Below, piece after piece: positions 38,757-51,377 of a stretch of 64,000 bases of DNA. The notes below the pieces were generated by a model. It was given only the letters and a program-made list of their open reading frames with translations. It searched no databases and was not told the origin of the DNA. The position numbers were made by a program, and so were the translations under genes. Each line of letters starts with the position of its first letter. Position 1 is the stretch's first letter. The DNA is from Amoeboaphelidium protococcarum X5 (Eukaryota > Fungi > Aphelidiomycota), in assembly GCA_023515725.1 (NCBI GenBank), contig JALDTO010000213.1, positions 254,264 to 318,263 of the forward strand, read 5' to 3'.

Positions 38757-40808
38757 ATGAAACTCCCAGCGATATTTATTATCATCATCATTCTGGTCTT
38801 GCTAATTGGCACAATGGCAATGCCTCCCAAGAGTAAGAAAAAGTCCTAGTCATCGAAGCGAAAGTAATATAAAAATCATTCAGATTAAAGTCCCACTATT
38901 GATGAAAATGAAGATTACTAGAATAAAGACGCGTTCAGATAGATGGTATCTGATAATCCTCTCCTCGCTACTTACAATCCAGATTATATTGATGATGAGG
39001 TGATGCAAAAACGCGTATTAGATGGATATCTTTATACTCACGAGTATCTAATCTCCTCGCTGAATTATCTAAAGCCTCAGATTAAAGACCGCATCGAGTT
39101 CTACTAATCCTTTCTTACTAGATGGTTGATATTGTAGTAGTATGAGACCTCAGATACAGAGATGGAACTTGCGATGTAGCATGTAACGGCTGCCAATGTA
39201 TTGTAGTAAAGTTTGAATACACCCTCCCTTCTGATGTACATGTCCTTTTTCGACAATGCATTAGAAGCTCTTTTGGATCGCCGTCTCTCCAAAGCTCATA
39301 TTTATAATGTGATGGTCAATCTCGTCAGTGCTTTGGGCTCGTCTTTATCTACGATGGAATCTGCACTGGACGCACTACGCGGTGTGATTGAGCGGTTGGT
39401 ACGGAATATGGAGAGCATGCCCGCTTTCAAACGGTAATATCTTTTGTTTAAATAATTGGAAGCTCTTAGGAAAATAAGTGTTATGTAATTAAGTGCCTTA
39501 GAGAAGTTGATCTAGATTCTACGGAAAATAAAGCTTTTTAACGTGGATAGTGTGCGTTAATCTATTAGGATGACTGTCGCAACGTTAAGGGGATAAGGCG
39601 ACACGAATCCAGAATTCTCAAACGTAGTACTACTTTCAGGGGAGTCTCATATAAGCTTTCTATAGTTATATTAGATTCTATTTCCCATAGTGGCAGAGAA
39701 TAGAAACTTTTTGAACTAGTTGGGTATGGTGTATGAAAAAGCACGGAAACTTTCGTTCAAAAAAACTTCCTATACGTAAATTTCTGAATATCTGGACTCT
39801 GAAGGTTTTTAGAGACTTATAGATAATATGCTGACCAAAAGTCCTGACTAGCATCTTACTGCTTTTGATCGGATGACTGCCCAGTTTTATGAGGAATCTG
39901 GCTACTCTGTCTAGATGCAACTGATGCTTGATATATCTGATAAGCGATTCACTACATAAGTCTCTATTGCATCTGTTGTTCTTTAAGGGCATAGTGTATT
40001 CTAAAAATTTTGTTTGTAGGCAATGCCCATGATTGAATAGCTGGTGTAAAAGTATAGGCTGCGCGAGTCTGATATACCTCATGACTTTGCACCTTTACAA
40101 CTAGGACAGTCTCCTCACTGCTCATTCGTATCTAATCACCGTGAGTCAGTACTCTGCCAAAGTGAAGATGGCACGCTCAGTAATCGCATGAGCGAACTTG
40201 ATCTATTGCATACTGCAGATTCAAGTGATGTTTAACTAGAAGGTTTGCCTGCAGAAAGCGACGTTGTTCTCGATCCTTAATACAAAGATGAAGTTGATTT
40301 TGATCTTGACACTGACAATAAGGATGATGAAATTTAGTCTTAGGATGATTTTCAAGTTAATTTGCCTGATGCTTCTTCTCAGTATTCACGTAATAGTGAG
40401 GAAGTTGTTCCATTTAGAAATAGCAGAAAAGAAATTTGCGCTGATAGGTAATACTATGACAGGTATCAATATGTTAGATCTGGCTAGTTGATTTCACTAC
40501 AGCGGGTTGTTTTCTCTGCTGATTAGATATTCACGCTCTGCCAGATAACTGACGGCTCTACTAAAGGCGGTTACAATGTGAAGTACAAAGAGTTTCTGTA
40601 ACTTTTGGCCGAGTTTGACGCTGATGTTACACCTTTGACTGGAAGCATATCTCGCATCACAATTCCAATGAGAGGTACTCATCCTCTGTCTATTCACGGT
40701 CCTCATTCAGGGAATGTTGAGTTGGGTAGAGGCGTTATAAAAGGTGCAAGACGTGTATTGGACTATTACTAAATTCTCCCAGAGAACTTCAAGCCAATAA
40801 ATGAATGA
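38757..40808 (+). CDS. Secreted effector-like protein, NLS-like motif + C-terminal HicA-like domain, paralog A (683 aa)
   Basis: MKLPAIFIIIIILVLLIGTMA|MPPKSKKKSQSSKRKQ; C-terminus VKYKEFLQLLAEFDADVTPLTGSISRITIPMRGTHPLSIHGPHSGNVELGRGVIKGARRVLDYYQILPE. Confidence 0.85.
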
Positions 40809-41412
40809 TTGAAATAATGAACTTTGGCGTTAGAATAGATTAAGTAGAATGATTGCTCAAAGTGTTTACTTAATGTTAGAATGATTGCTTTTATTGACGA
40901 ATCGATCATTTTAATTCAACGATCGCTTCTCCTTTAACGCAAGTTTTAAGCATACCATGAAAACACGCTCAGAAAGATAACTGTAAATTATCAAAATGAG
41001 CGAGACGACTATATGGTAACGTGATCTTACTGAAAGTATGAGAAGTATACCATTTTGATGCGCAAGATGTTGCAATGACAAAATGAGACACACAGAGTTC
41101 AATGCTCTTATTGATAATGTATTTAATGACATGCAAAATTTATAATCTTGTAATTGTAGCACATGTAGCCGATGCGTAGATCTTTGATAATCTAAAGGAT
41201 ATACGGAACTGTAAAGTGACGATGCGAACCGTGTTTATTTCAGGGGAAGCAGATGCGGGATTTTCGATCAACGGGGCTCGTGCTCGAGCGGAGTTTCAAT
41301 CGGAACAGGGGCTGCGAGCACATGCTAGCTAAATTTAACGTCAAGGTCACATTTTAATGATCATTGTATATTATAACAAAGACATAATAACTTCTGATAT
41401 AATTGCTATAAT

Positions 41413-43485
41413 ATGCTGAGAATGTAACTTATCAGGATATGCCTTTTTGTGATGCTCTTCATGTTATTATCCACGTTGGCAATGCCCCCAAAGAGTAAAA
41501 AGAAGGGCGCGTCATCTTAGCATAAGCAGTCTCGTCATCATTCTCATGAAGGCACTGCAAAAAATGAATAGGAGGAAGATCTTAATATTGACGCGTTTAG
41601 ATACATGGCATCTGATGATCCTCTCCTCGCCACTTACAATCCCGACTATATTGATGATGCGGTGATGTAAAAGCTCGTATTAGATGGATATCTGTACACT
41701 CACGAATATCTAATCTCTTAGCTTAACTATATTAAGCCTTAGATCAAACATGCCAACGAATTTTACCATTCGATATTGGTCAGATGGATGACACTATAGT
41801 AAGATTTTTCTGATGCAGAATTTGTTTATGCAATGTAGCATGAAATGGCCGCCAATCTGCTGTAAGACTCTTTAAATCTACCCACTGTACTTCTATAGAT
41901 GTCCTTTTTCGACAATGCATTATAAACTCTGCTTGATGGTCGTTTATCAAAAGCCCATATTTACAACATTGTTGTTAATCTCATAAGTGTTTTGAGTACA
42001 TCTTAATCTGAAGCTGAATCTGGGAATGGATTACTGCGTCGCATATAGGATACGTTGATTAAGTAGTATAGCAGTCTTTCTTCACAACAAAGATAAAAAG
42101 CAGAATCTAAGAGACTAAAAGCTTTTATTAAAGTTATTGGAATATAGTATGAAGCGTCAGAGAAATTGATAGAGGTTATTCGCGGCATTTAGCTGTTCGA
42201 TATTGATGATGTGCGTCGATCCATCAGAAAGACGATCTCAACTCTGAGAGGAGAAGGTTCATCCAATTCGGCATCATGCTAATTTTTCCTATTCCTGGGC
42301 GAACCTTATATCGGATATCTACAGCTGTATCAAGTCCTTTATCCTATAGTGTCATAGAATGATAAATTTGTGCAGTAGTTGCGTGGTGTGCATAGGAAAT
42401 CGCGTTTGCTTTCGCTTCAACATACTTCCTAATCGTAGTTGTCAGCTTATATTGACAATCCTGATGTCGGGAAATTTCTTAATTAGCATAGAACTACAGA
42501 CTCTGGTAAGCTCTTGGCCAATATAAATCGAATGACTGTAGATTTTATTGACTAAACTCGATAGGTTCACTATATGCAGAAGATGATTGAAGTGTCTCAG
42601 AGTCGATTCTCTTTGAATCCGGATCCTATTGCATCTGTCATCTTGTAAGGGCATCGTATATATAAAGAGTATAGTTAGATTGCGATGCCCATGATTGAAT
42701 AGTCGGTTTAAGTAAATCGGCTGCGCGAGGCTGATATTCCTCATGAGTTTGCTCCTGAATAGCGTCTATAGCTACACTGTCCCTCTGCCTCGGCTGATTA
42801 GCGTGAGTCTCCTCTACCTTGTTAAAGTGAAAGTGATATTTTGAGTAACCGCGTTAGTGAACTCGACATTTCTGAATCTACTGATCTTGGAGATGATTCA
42901 GAAGAAGCTGTTCCAGTGGCAAACGAAAGTAATGTTGTTATCGACCCTTAGTACAGGGATGAGGTTGATTTTGATATCAAGAGTGATTCTGAAGATGGAG
43001 AGGTTTAGCCTTCAAATGACTACCGGTTATCTTTACCGGCATCTTCTGGTGCTTCCCACAATTTAGACTCAAGTTAGGTAGCTGTGCCCTTATTATATGG
43101 TAGGAAGGAGATCTGCAGTGGATGGAAAAACTATGACAAGTATTAGTTTCTTATGTCAGATCTACTGATTTCTCGCGAGTATGTAATATTTACGCCCGAG
43201 AAATTATTCACGCTATGCCAGATAACTGATGGCGCGACTAAAGGCGGCTACAATGTGAAGTACAAAGATTTTCTGTCGCTTCTGGCTGAATTTGATGCTG
43301 ATGTTACACATTTGACTGGAAGCATATCTCGCATCACAATTCCGATGAAAGGTACTCATCCTCTGTCCATTCATGGTCCTCATTCAGGCAATGTAGAATT
43401 GGGAAGAGGAGTTATCAAAGGAGCTAGACGTGTATTGGACTATTATGAGATTCTACCGGAGAATTTTTTGCCTTTATACGGCTGA
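41413..43485 (+). CDS. Secreted effector-like protein, NLS-like motif + C-terminal HicA-like domain, paralog B (690 aa)
   Basis: MLRMQLIRICLFVMLFMLLSTLA|MPPKSKKKG; same C-terminal domain (supplied ORF 43153-43485). Confidence 0.85.
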
Positions 43486-44057
43486 TTCATGTTTTTTAAA
43501 TAGATTGCAATGTCGTTGTAAGTTATCTTTTGCCAATAGTAATGAGATCCTGCAAGCGTTAACTGAAAAGTCATCGAGGTACTCACACAATATAGATACT
43601 ATTTGGAACTTTCTAATGTCGCACTCACTAAAACTTCGTAGCAGTTAGACCTTAAATCCTACACAGTTTATGATGCAATCAAAAATTCACCGCAACGTAA
43701 TGCACTGAGCAGGTTGCCGTGGTAATGTTTTGATGCTGTTAGTAAATCTTAAGAGTATAAACTGGATGTTTCACGGGAATTAACGTCCGGCGAAGGATCA
43801 GTCTGAGTACTCTCAATAGAGCATTGTGATGGTAGTTGTAAAAACCGCCGCTCTGTATATGAGATCAGATTATGGTTAATGAACTATATCGTTTTATCAA
43901 TAGAATAGAGCGGGTTTTGTATATTTTTGTCGGAGTTAAGATGGCGGAGATCTAAAATGTCAATGAGGAGGCATTTTGATCAGAGCACATAGCGGATCGA
44001 TCCCCTAATTCAAGTTCTTTATTCAAAATACTCGACTTGCTCTATATCAAAGACATC

Positions 44058-46103
44058 ATGGAGCTGTTGAAGTTATCAGTTATTATATCGATCCTTCTCA
44101 TAGTGATGGGGACGATGGCAATGCCTCCCAAGAGTAAGAAAAAGTCTACGAGGCGATAGTAAAAAGGAGGTCATTCTGATAGAAGCCCCACTAGTGATAA
44201 ATACTAAGTTTACTTGAATAAAGACACGTTTAGATACATGGCGTCTGACAATCTTCTCCTGGCCACTTACAATCCCGATTATATTGATGATTAGTTGATG
44301 CAGAAACGCGTGCTGGATGGGTATATATACACTCACGAGTATGTAATCTCCTCGCTGAATTATTTAAAGCCTCTAATCAATCATGCAAACGAATTCCACC
44401 GAACCTTTCTAACTAGATGGTTGGCATTGTAAAAGGAAGCTTCTGATGCATATTTGTTACGCGCGCTTTAGCATGATTTGGCTTAAGAATTATTGTTATC
44501 AAGTTTGAGATAACCCTCCCTGCTAATTGCAATGTCTTTTTTCGACAAATCTTTGGAGGCTCTTTTGGATCGCCGCCTCTCCAAGGCCCATATTTATAAT
44601 GTGATGGTCAATCTTGTCAGTAATTTGGGTTCGTCTTTGTCTTCCATGGAATCCACGCTTAGTTTATATCGCAGAGTCGCTGCTCTCTCGGCCAAGTAAA
44701 TGAATAACCTGTCCCCAGAACAAAGATAGAGTAGCGAGTTTAAATAACATCATGCATACTGTTAAGTTTCTCAATTGTTCTTTGATTCATAGGAGTAGTT
44801 GATCAAGGTTCTACGTGGTATTGAGCTTTTTGACATTGATAGCGTGCGCTAATCTATCAGAAAGGCTGTTACAGCGTTAAGAGGAGAAGGCGCTAAATAT
44901 CCAGAATTTTCCTAGACAGTTTTACTTAATGGAGAGTATTTTATTAGCTTCCTGTAGCTATATTAGATTCTCTTCCCTATTGTGGCAGGGAATGATAAGT
45001 TTGTGGAATAGTTGCGTTTGGTATATAAGGATTCTCGGCGTTACTCGCCGTATCGGATATCACAGTAATAGATGCATCAGTATGAGAGCCCTCAAGATTT
45101 CGGGAAATTTCTCAAAAAAGTGTCCTCACAAAATTCTGAGTAGCTGTAATATTCCTATGAACGTATGACTGCAAAGCTAGATTAAGACTCTCAGGAGAGT
45201 GAATATATGCAGAAGATGGCTGAAGTACTAGGTATGCCATCTATTTTAGAATCAGTCTCCATTGCAGAAATAATCTCGCTAGGGCATGGTATTTTTAAAG
45301 AGTACTGCTTAAAAGCATTGCCTATGATTGAGCCGCTATTGTAAGCTTACAGATTGCGGGAGTCTGATATTCCGCATGAGTTTGCAACTTTGCCGCTGGA
45401 ATAGTCTTCACCTTGCTTATCCGTATCCAACATCCGTTAATCATTGCTCTGCTAAAGTGAGGATGGCACGCTCAGTAATCACATGAGTGAACTTGATCTA
45501 TATAATACTGCAGATTCTGGTGATGCTCAACTGGAAGGTTTGCCTACAGAAATGGATGTTGTTCTAGATCCCGAATACAGAGATGAAATTGATTTTGATC
45601 TAAATACCGACAGTGAGGACTATGAGATTTAGTCTTAGGATGTTTAGCAGGCTGGTTTGCCTGGCGGTTCTTCTCATGATTCAGATAATAGTAAGGAAGT
45701 TGCTCCATTTAGAAATACTAGAAAAGAGGTTTGTGCTGAATGGTAAAACTTAAATAAGTATTAGTTTACAAGAACAGAATAATTGCATTCAGTAGAGAGT
45801 GTCATTTTCTCTGCAGATTAATTATTTACGCTATGCCAGATAACTGATGGTGCAACTAAAGGCGGGTATAATGTCAAGTACTAATAATTTCAGTCACTTC
45901 TGTCTGAGTTTAATGCGGTTGTAACTCCGTTGACTGGCAGTATTTCTCGCATCAGTGTTCCGATGATTGGGAAACATCCTTTGTCTATTCATGGTCCGCA
46001 TTCAGGCAATGTCGAGTTGGGACGAAGAGTTATCAAAGGCGCTAGACGTGTGTTGGACTATTATGAGATTCTACCAGAGAATTTCTAGCCTTTACATGGC
46101 TGA
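44058..46103 (+). CDS. Secreted effector-like protein, NLS-like motif + C-terminal HicA-like domain, paralog C (681 aa)
   Basis: MELLKLSVIISILLIVMGTMA|MPPKSKKKSTRR; same C-terminal domain, ending FQPLHG-TGA. Confidence 0.85.
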
Positions 46104-46112
46104 AATGGATGT

Positions 46113-46960
46113 TTGAATCAAGTTTTTAGTTGAAATTCTAATAATTATAGTTTTTAATGATTATTCCATAGTTTAAATCACTATTTTGATTATTGCGAAA
46201 TTTAAGCTTTAGTAGACCTTTACGATGCACGATAACGAGCCAAATCCTTCTCCGACACACTAGGATTGACGATGCTCAGAGCGTGTATAAAATCAGCCAT
46301 TGTGAGCACAACCTTTGTATACTCTTCAGCCTCCCCCCTTCACGTCAAGAAACTGATTTTAAAAATATTTTAAAGTGTACTAGGCATATTTTGCAATCGT
46401 TTATATGTATTAAAGTTATTTAAGAAAGAGGATCATTTTTTTCATTGTATCAGTACGCCACTACTGATAAAATAGGATCATCTTCAGTTTGGTACCAAAT
46501 AAACGACATTATCAGACAATGGAGATGGTTTTATGGTGTTTGTAATCGGTGCCACTAATAGGATTGATCTCCTTGATCCATCCTTATTACGAACTGGTAG
46601 ATTTGATAGACTGATACATTTGGGGACTGCAACTACCAGGGAGAGTCAGCTCAAGATTCTGCAAGCTCAAACACTAGAGTTGAGCTTGGATAATTCCGTA
46701 GATTTGCAGTAGGTTTGTAATAAAATACCGCTATCTACATGGACTGGTGCTGACTTTAAAGCGTTGTGTAATGAAGCAGTTATGCGTGCAATTTCTCGGA
46801 ATATCGAAAAGTTGGAGCGTGATATGTAAGGCTATGTGAACTTTAAGCAGCAACAGTCTGCAGCTGCACCTCATGGTATGATGAAGGGTAAATTGTCTAT
46901 TCTGATGGCTATTCTGATGGCTAAGCTGAATAGTGCTGCGCATCATTAAATTTATCATAG
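46113..46960. pseudogene. Two PEX6 3'-end fragments in opposite orientations
   Basis: 46113-46355 matches ~54238-54485 in the same orientation. ~46510-46955 is the reverse complement of ~54490-54920 ([21 protein letters not shown] on the + strand). Confidence 0.85.
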
Positions 46961-47148
46961 GCGCTTTTTAAAACCTCACGGACAACAGCTCAAGTGGTTA
47001 TATGCGTTGATGTGCAAGATCTGAATTAAAATCTGCGGTAAACACCGTCTGCTTGATTTCTAACGACCATTGAAATAAAAAAGCTACGCTATAAACACTA
47101 AGCCGAGCAACTCTGCCCAACAAGTCAAACTAAATATACTAATTAAAA

Positions 47149-47832
47149 TCAACCCGACGAATCACTCAAAGCATCTTTGACGTCGACCTTCTCACCTTGA
47201 TACAACCTGAGAACAAGATTTTCAACAAGAGAAGCCGCTTCGTTGTAGTGTTTATGTTCCAACACTACACGCAAACTGCCACCTTCCACAATCAATTTAT
47301 CATGCAAACGCCGGTTGACCTCGCTGTTGAGACTAATAAGAAAAACCCATTCCTGCTCGGAAAGGCATTCTTTGATCACGTCTTTCTCCACCTGTCCGTT
47401 TGCTCGGTTGTTAAAATAATCACGGACATCGTCCTCGTCCCTGAATCCGGCAGCCTTCTTCAAATCGCCAAACGACGGCTTACGGGCATAAACACAATCG
47501 AATTGAAAACGTTCCCACATCTTAATCGCCACATCCGACAACAACAATCTCTCGTCCTAAATAGCAACGTCCACCTTGTATCCCTTACGTCTAGTATCCG
47601 CCTTCTTCACTGTATGAGCATTTTAAGATAAGATTATCTGGACGTAATCTCTCCTTCTGTCCTTTAATTCAGCAAGCTTTTCCCTCAGTAGCTCCCAGTC
47701 GGCTTTCTCATCATCAGTTGCGTTCTTAACAAAATATACGCTGTTCTTCTTGGCCAACGTCTTGTATTCTTAACTGTTCTCTAATGCCTTGATTTCTTAT
47801 TCAACAGCGTCAAGCTTGCTATCGTAATCCAT
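47149..47832 (-). CDS. Hypothetical protein with N-terminal coiled coil (227 aa)
   Basis: ATG 47832 (MDYDSKLDAVEQEIKALE) is open through the supplied ORF 47149-47547 to TGA. Confidence 0.65.
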
Positions 47833-48555
47833 GATATTTTTTCGCTGATTTCGAAAAGAGACAAAGGCAGAGAATACTTACTGCGTGGCGATGCGAAACG
47901 CGTCGACAGACCCAAAGTCGCGACTTGCCATAAAGGAAATTCCATACTGGTGTTAGCGGAATCAATCACGATAATGACTAATGAAGTTATAATTCGCACT
48001 AGAAGTCAAATGAAATCATTCAATATCCAGGTAACTTTTGTGCGCTCTTGCTAAGCCCATAATTGTAGCTTACTTAGAATTTGAGCTCAATCTGATTCTT
48101 GATATTGACTCTAATATTCGGGTCGATGCTCATCGCAAATGAGACAACGTAGTACTTGTGTGAGATTTTAACTTGCCATTATATTGCGATGATAAGACTT
48201 GTGGCACTTTCTGCACTACTTAACTTTCATTTTAAAGCTCTCACAAACATGGCTATAACATGGCGCCATTAAAGAAGCGAGGTACTCATTGAAAAGATAA
48301 CAGAATAGTCTAAAGACTTCATCTTCTGCACATAGTGACGCTAAATGAGAGATAAGTAGTTTATTTACTGTCAATTTATAATTCTTATATTCAATTGTTT
48401 GTGATCAGAAATCAACTTGAAGTCCGAGGTGTTTCACCAATTTATACATATCAATTTAGTGCTCTCAACAGGAAAATCTGAGATAGTATATTCATTCTAA
48501 TTATTTTATTTCAAATTACACACCAACACTTCCCTAGAGAGAGAAAATCCACTCC

Positions 48556-49778
48556 ATTGTAAGCTTACTAATTGCGGGAGTCTGATATTCCGCATGAGTT
48601 TGCAACTTTACAGCTGGAACAGTCTTCTCGCTGCTTATCCGTATCCAATACCCGTTAATCATTGCTCTGCTAAAGTGAGGATGGCACGCTCAGTAGTCGC
48701 ATAAGTGAACTTGATCTACATAATACTGCAGATTCTGGTGATGCTCAACTGGAAGGTTTGCCTACAGAAATCGATGTTGTTCTCGATCCCGAATACAGAG
48801 ATGAAGTTGATATTGAATGCGCCACTGTCGGTGGCTGGAAAGTTGTTGTTAAGAAGGGAGAGTTCAGCTAAGGGAGTTTGGCCGTATTCTTTGAGATTGA
48901 TAGCTGGATCCCTTATGAATTGGCCCCGTACTTGTGCAAAGGTAAAGAGCCTCGTGAATTTGAAGGCGTAAAAGGTGAACGTCTGCGTACAGTTAAGCTT
49001 CGCGGTCAATTGAGCCAAGGACTTTTGATACCATGCAATCAAGTGCTTAAAGACAGTGAATGGCACGTGGGAGATGATGTCACAGACCTGTTAGGCATAA
49101 AGAAGTGGGAACGTCCTGTTCGTGAATACACTGGCGGTGATAACAACCAACAACCTCTGAAAAGTTTCCCATCTGCTATTCCCAAGACTGATCAAGAGCG
49201 TGTGTAGAATATAATGCAGGAGATTGAATCTGCAAGATAGGTTGGTATACAATTTAAAATTACGGAAAAGTTGGAGGGTAGCAGCATGACTTGCTATCTA
49301 CTTGCTGGCAAATTTGGTGTCTGTAGTCGCAATTGTGATTTAGATGAGCGATCCCTTTTGGCAGACTGCACGCAATTATGGTATTGAAGACAAGATGCGC
49401 TCTACTACGTCAATGGGTGATTTTGCTATTCAAGGAGAGTTGATCGGTCCAAAAATTCAAGGCAACATTTATAAACTTGAGGCTTCGGAATTCAATGTAT
49501 TCGATGTTTATAACATACAAGACGCGTCATATCTGCGTCCTGCTGATCGTCGTTAACTGATCTAAAAGATGGGATTGAAACATGTGCCAGTTAGTTGCCA
49601 AACTGAGAGCATTCAGAATATTAGTGCTAATTTTGACGAATTACTGAAGTTTGCTGAAGGTAAAAGTGTCATCAGTAAGACGGGAAGTTGTGAGCGTGAG
49701 GGTATTGTATTCAAGTAGGTGGACGGTGATATGACTTTCAAGGTGATCAGTAACAGGTATCTTCTCAAGGAAAAGTGA
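48556..49778 (+). pseudogene. Chimeric pseudogene: effector linker fragment fused in frame to a 5'-truncated, frameshifted RNA ligase copy
   Basis: 48556-48811 matches paralog C (~45337-45592). The ligase starts at 48812 (IECATVGGW). An 8-nt deletion at ~49345 (GATGAG[actgagag]CGATCC) shifts the frame. No start codon seen. Confidence 0.85.
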
Positions 49779-50074
49779 TGATCATGGTGATTATAGAGTA
49801 TGTTGAAAGGTGATTTAAAAGCTATAGAATGTGATAGATCGAGCCATTCCATTCTTCACTACCGATAAGTTTCGCGATCGTTTCATACAACACCACTCAT
49901 GTATACGCTCAATCTTGATTTTATTTGGTTCATATTGGCAATACTTCAAGTAATTCACAGAAGAATTATGAAATGTATTTTCAATAATTCATTTTAGTAG
50001 TTTTAGGGGCAGAGAGAGGGAGAGGGAGAGACATAGAGACATCGAGCCAAAAGATGAAAGATCTGGCAGTTTGA

Positions 50075-50740
50075 TCAGATTTTGGTGATGCTACCGATAT
50101 ACTCCAATAGAGCTATTCTCATGCGATGTTCTGCTACATCCTCTTCCAAGTCCTCAAAGTCCAAACCGTAGAATGCCATTAAATCACGCAACTAATCTAC
50201 CGTTAACTGATTAATAGCGCTTACACTGGTTAACGCAGGCAAACCAGCATCGGTTGGTAAATGGGGGATGCCGTTAACATTGACCGGAACCTACTCATAA
50301 GGAGAATAGAATCCATCACCACGAGTACCATTGATTAACTTCTTTACATTCACGTCCATCTGAATGAATTAAGCATTAGACGCAGCACGCAATTCAGCAC
50401 CCGACTCACGAATCTCAGCACGCAATTCACGAATCTGTTGCGGCAATTGAAGTAATGGCAGCATATAAGGAGGGGCTCCTCCAATATCACCAGCAGCCTC
50501 AGGGAAGAACAACGGCACAGTCTCCGCTTCAATCAGACGATTTCTTATCTTGGCTCTCGCCAGAGTAGCATCATCAACCTCATTCAGCGTTCTCTTGGCT
50601 TCAATTAACTTCAAATCATTCGAGGCAGCAACAGCATGGTTCACACTAACAACTTGACCTCTTTACAACGGTCCGGATAGTTGAACGTTCGGTACATTCA
50701 AGGATGGTAAATTCATAGAGTAAGTAGGAGCATTCATCAT
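50075..50740 (-). CDS. Mug135-like C-terminal domain protein, duplicate copy
   Basis: Same length as and near-identical to 29610-30275. Confidence 0.6.
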
Positions 50741-51377
50741 GCTGGAAGAATAAAATGTGCACAAATCAAGTAAGGATGTACAGTAAAGTGAAAAAGATGA
50801 AGATTGAGCCACGAAGATTATGGAACAATTTTAACTTCGTTTCAGACGTCCTTGTTTCAGATCGCGTATACTGTACATGAGCGAGCCAGAATATCAACCT
50901 CCAATGTTAAAGTTTAAATGGCGTACGCTAATTAAAAATTCGGCGATAAACATAGCAAATCTAACATCTTCAACATTCAAGCTTTAGCTGAGAGATTGCG
51001 GCTATATCCTGGACCTCACTTCATTTTCGAATCCTACCACCTGGTTGAGTATGGCGATGTTGATCAACAATATCCATTATCTCACTATCAACTTCACATG
51101 CATCCCATTCTCTAGATACGGGTTTGAGCCTAATTTAAAAATTATTTGCCAAGGCTTTATACTAATGAGTAATTGTAAAATACTCATACTTCCACACACT
51201 ATATTTTCCTCATGATCCAGATATCTGATTGGGAAAGGAATGCTATTTTTGGTCGATATAAATGCATAACGAGCGCATTCGCGGCGAGTATGATATAATT
51301 GTGGGATTTTTTCTCCTTATCATCACTCTTATCTACTCAAGATTTTTTTAGTATAAAGAGAGAGATAATCCTGTACT

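Noticed and set aside
41200-41340. GC-rich hairpin (TGCTCG...CGAGCA) upstream of effector B as an ncRNA or antitoxin RNA
   Set aside because: Single occurrence; no clear counterpart upstream of paralogs A and C.
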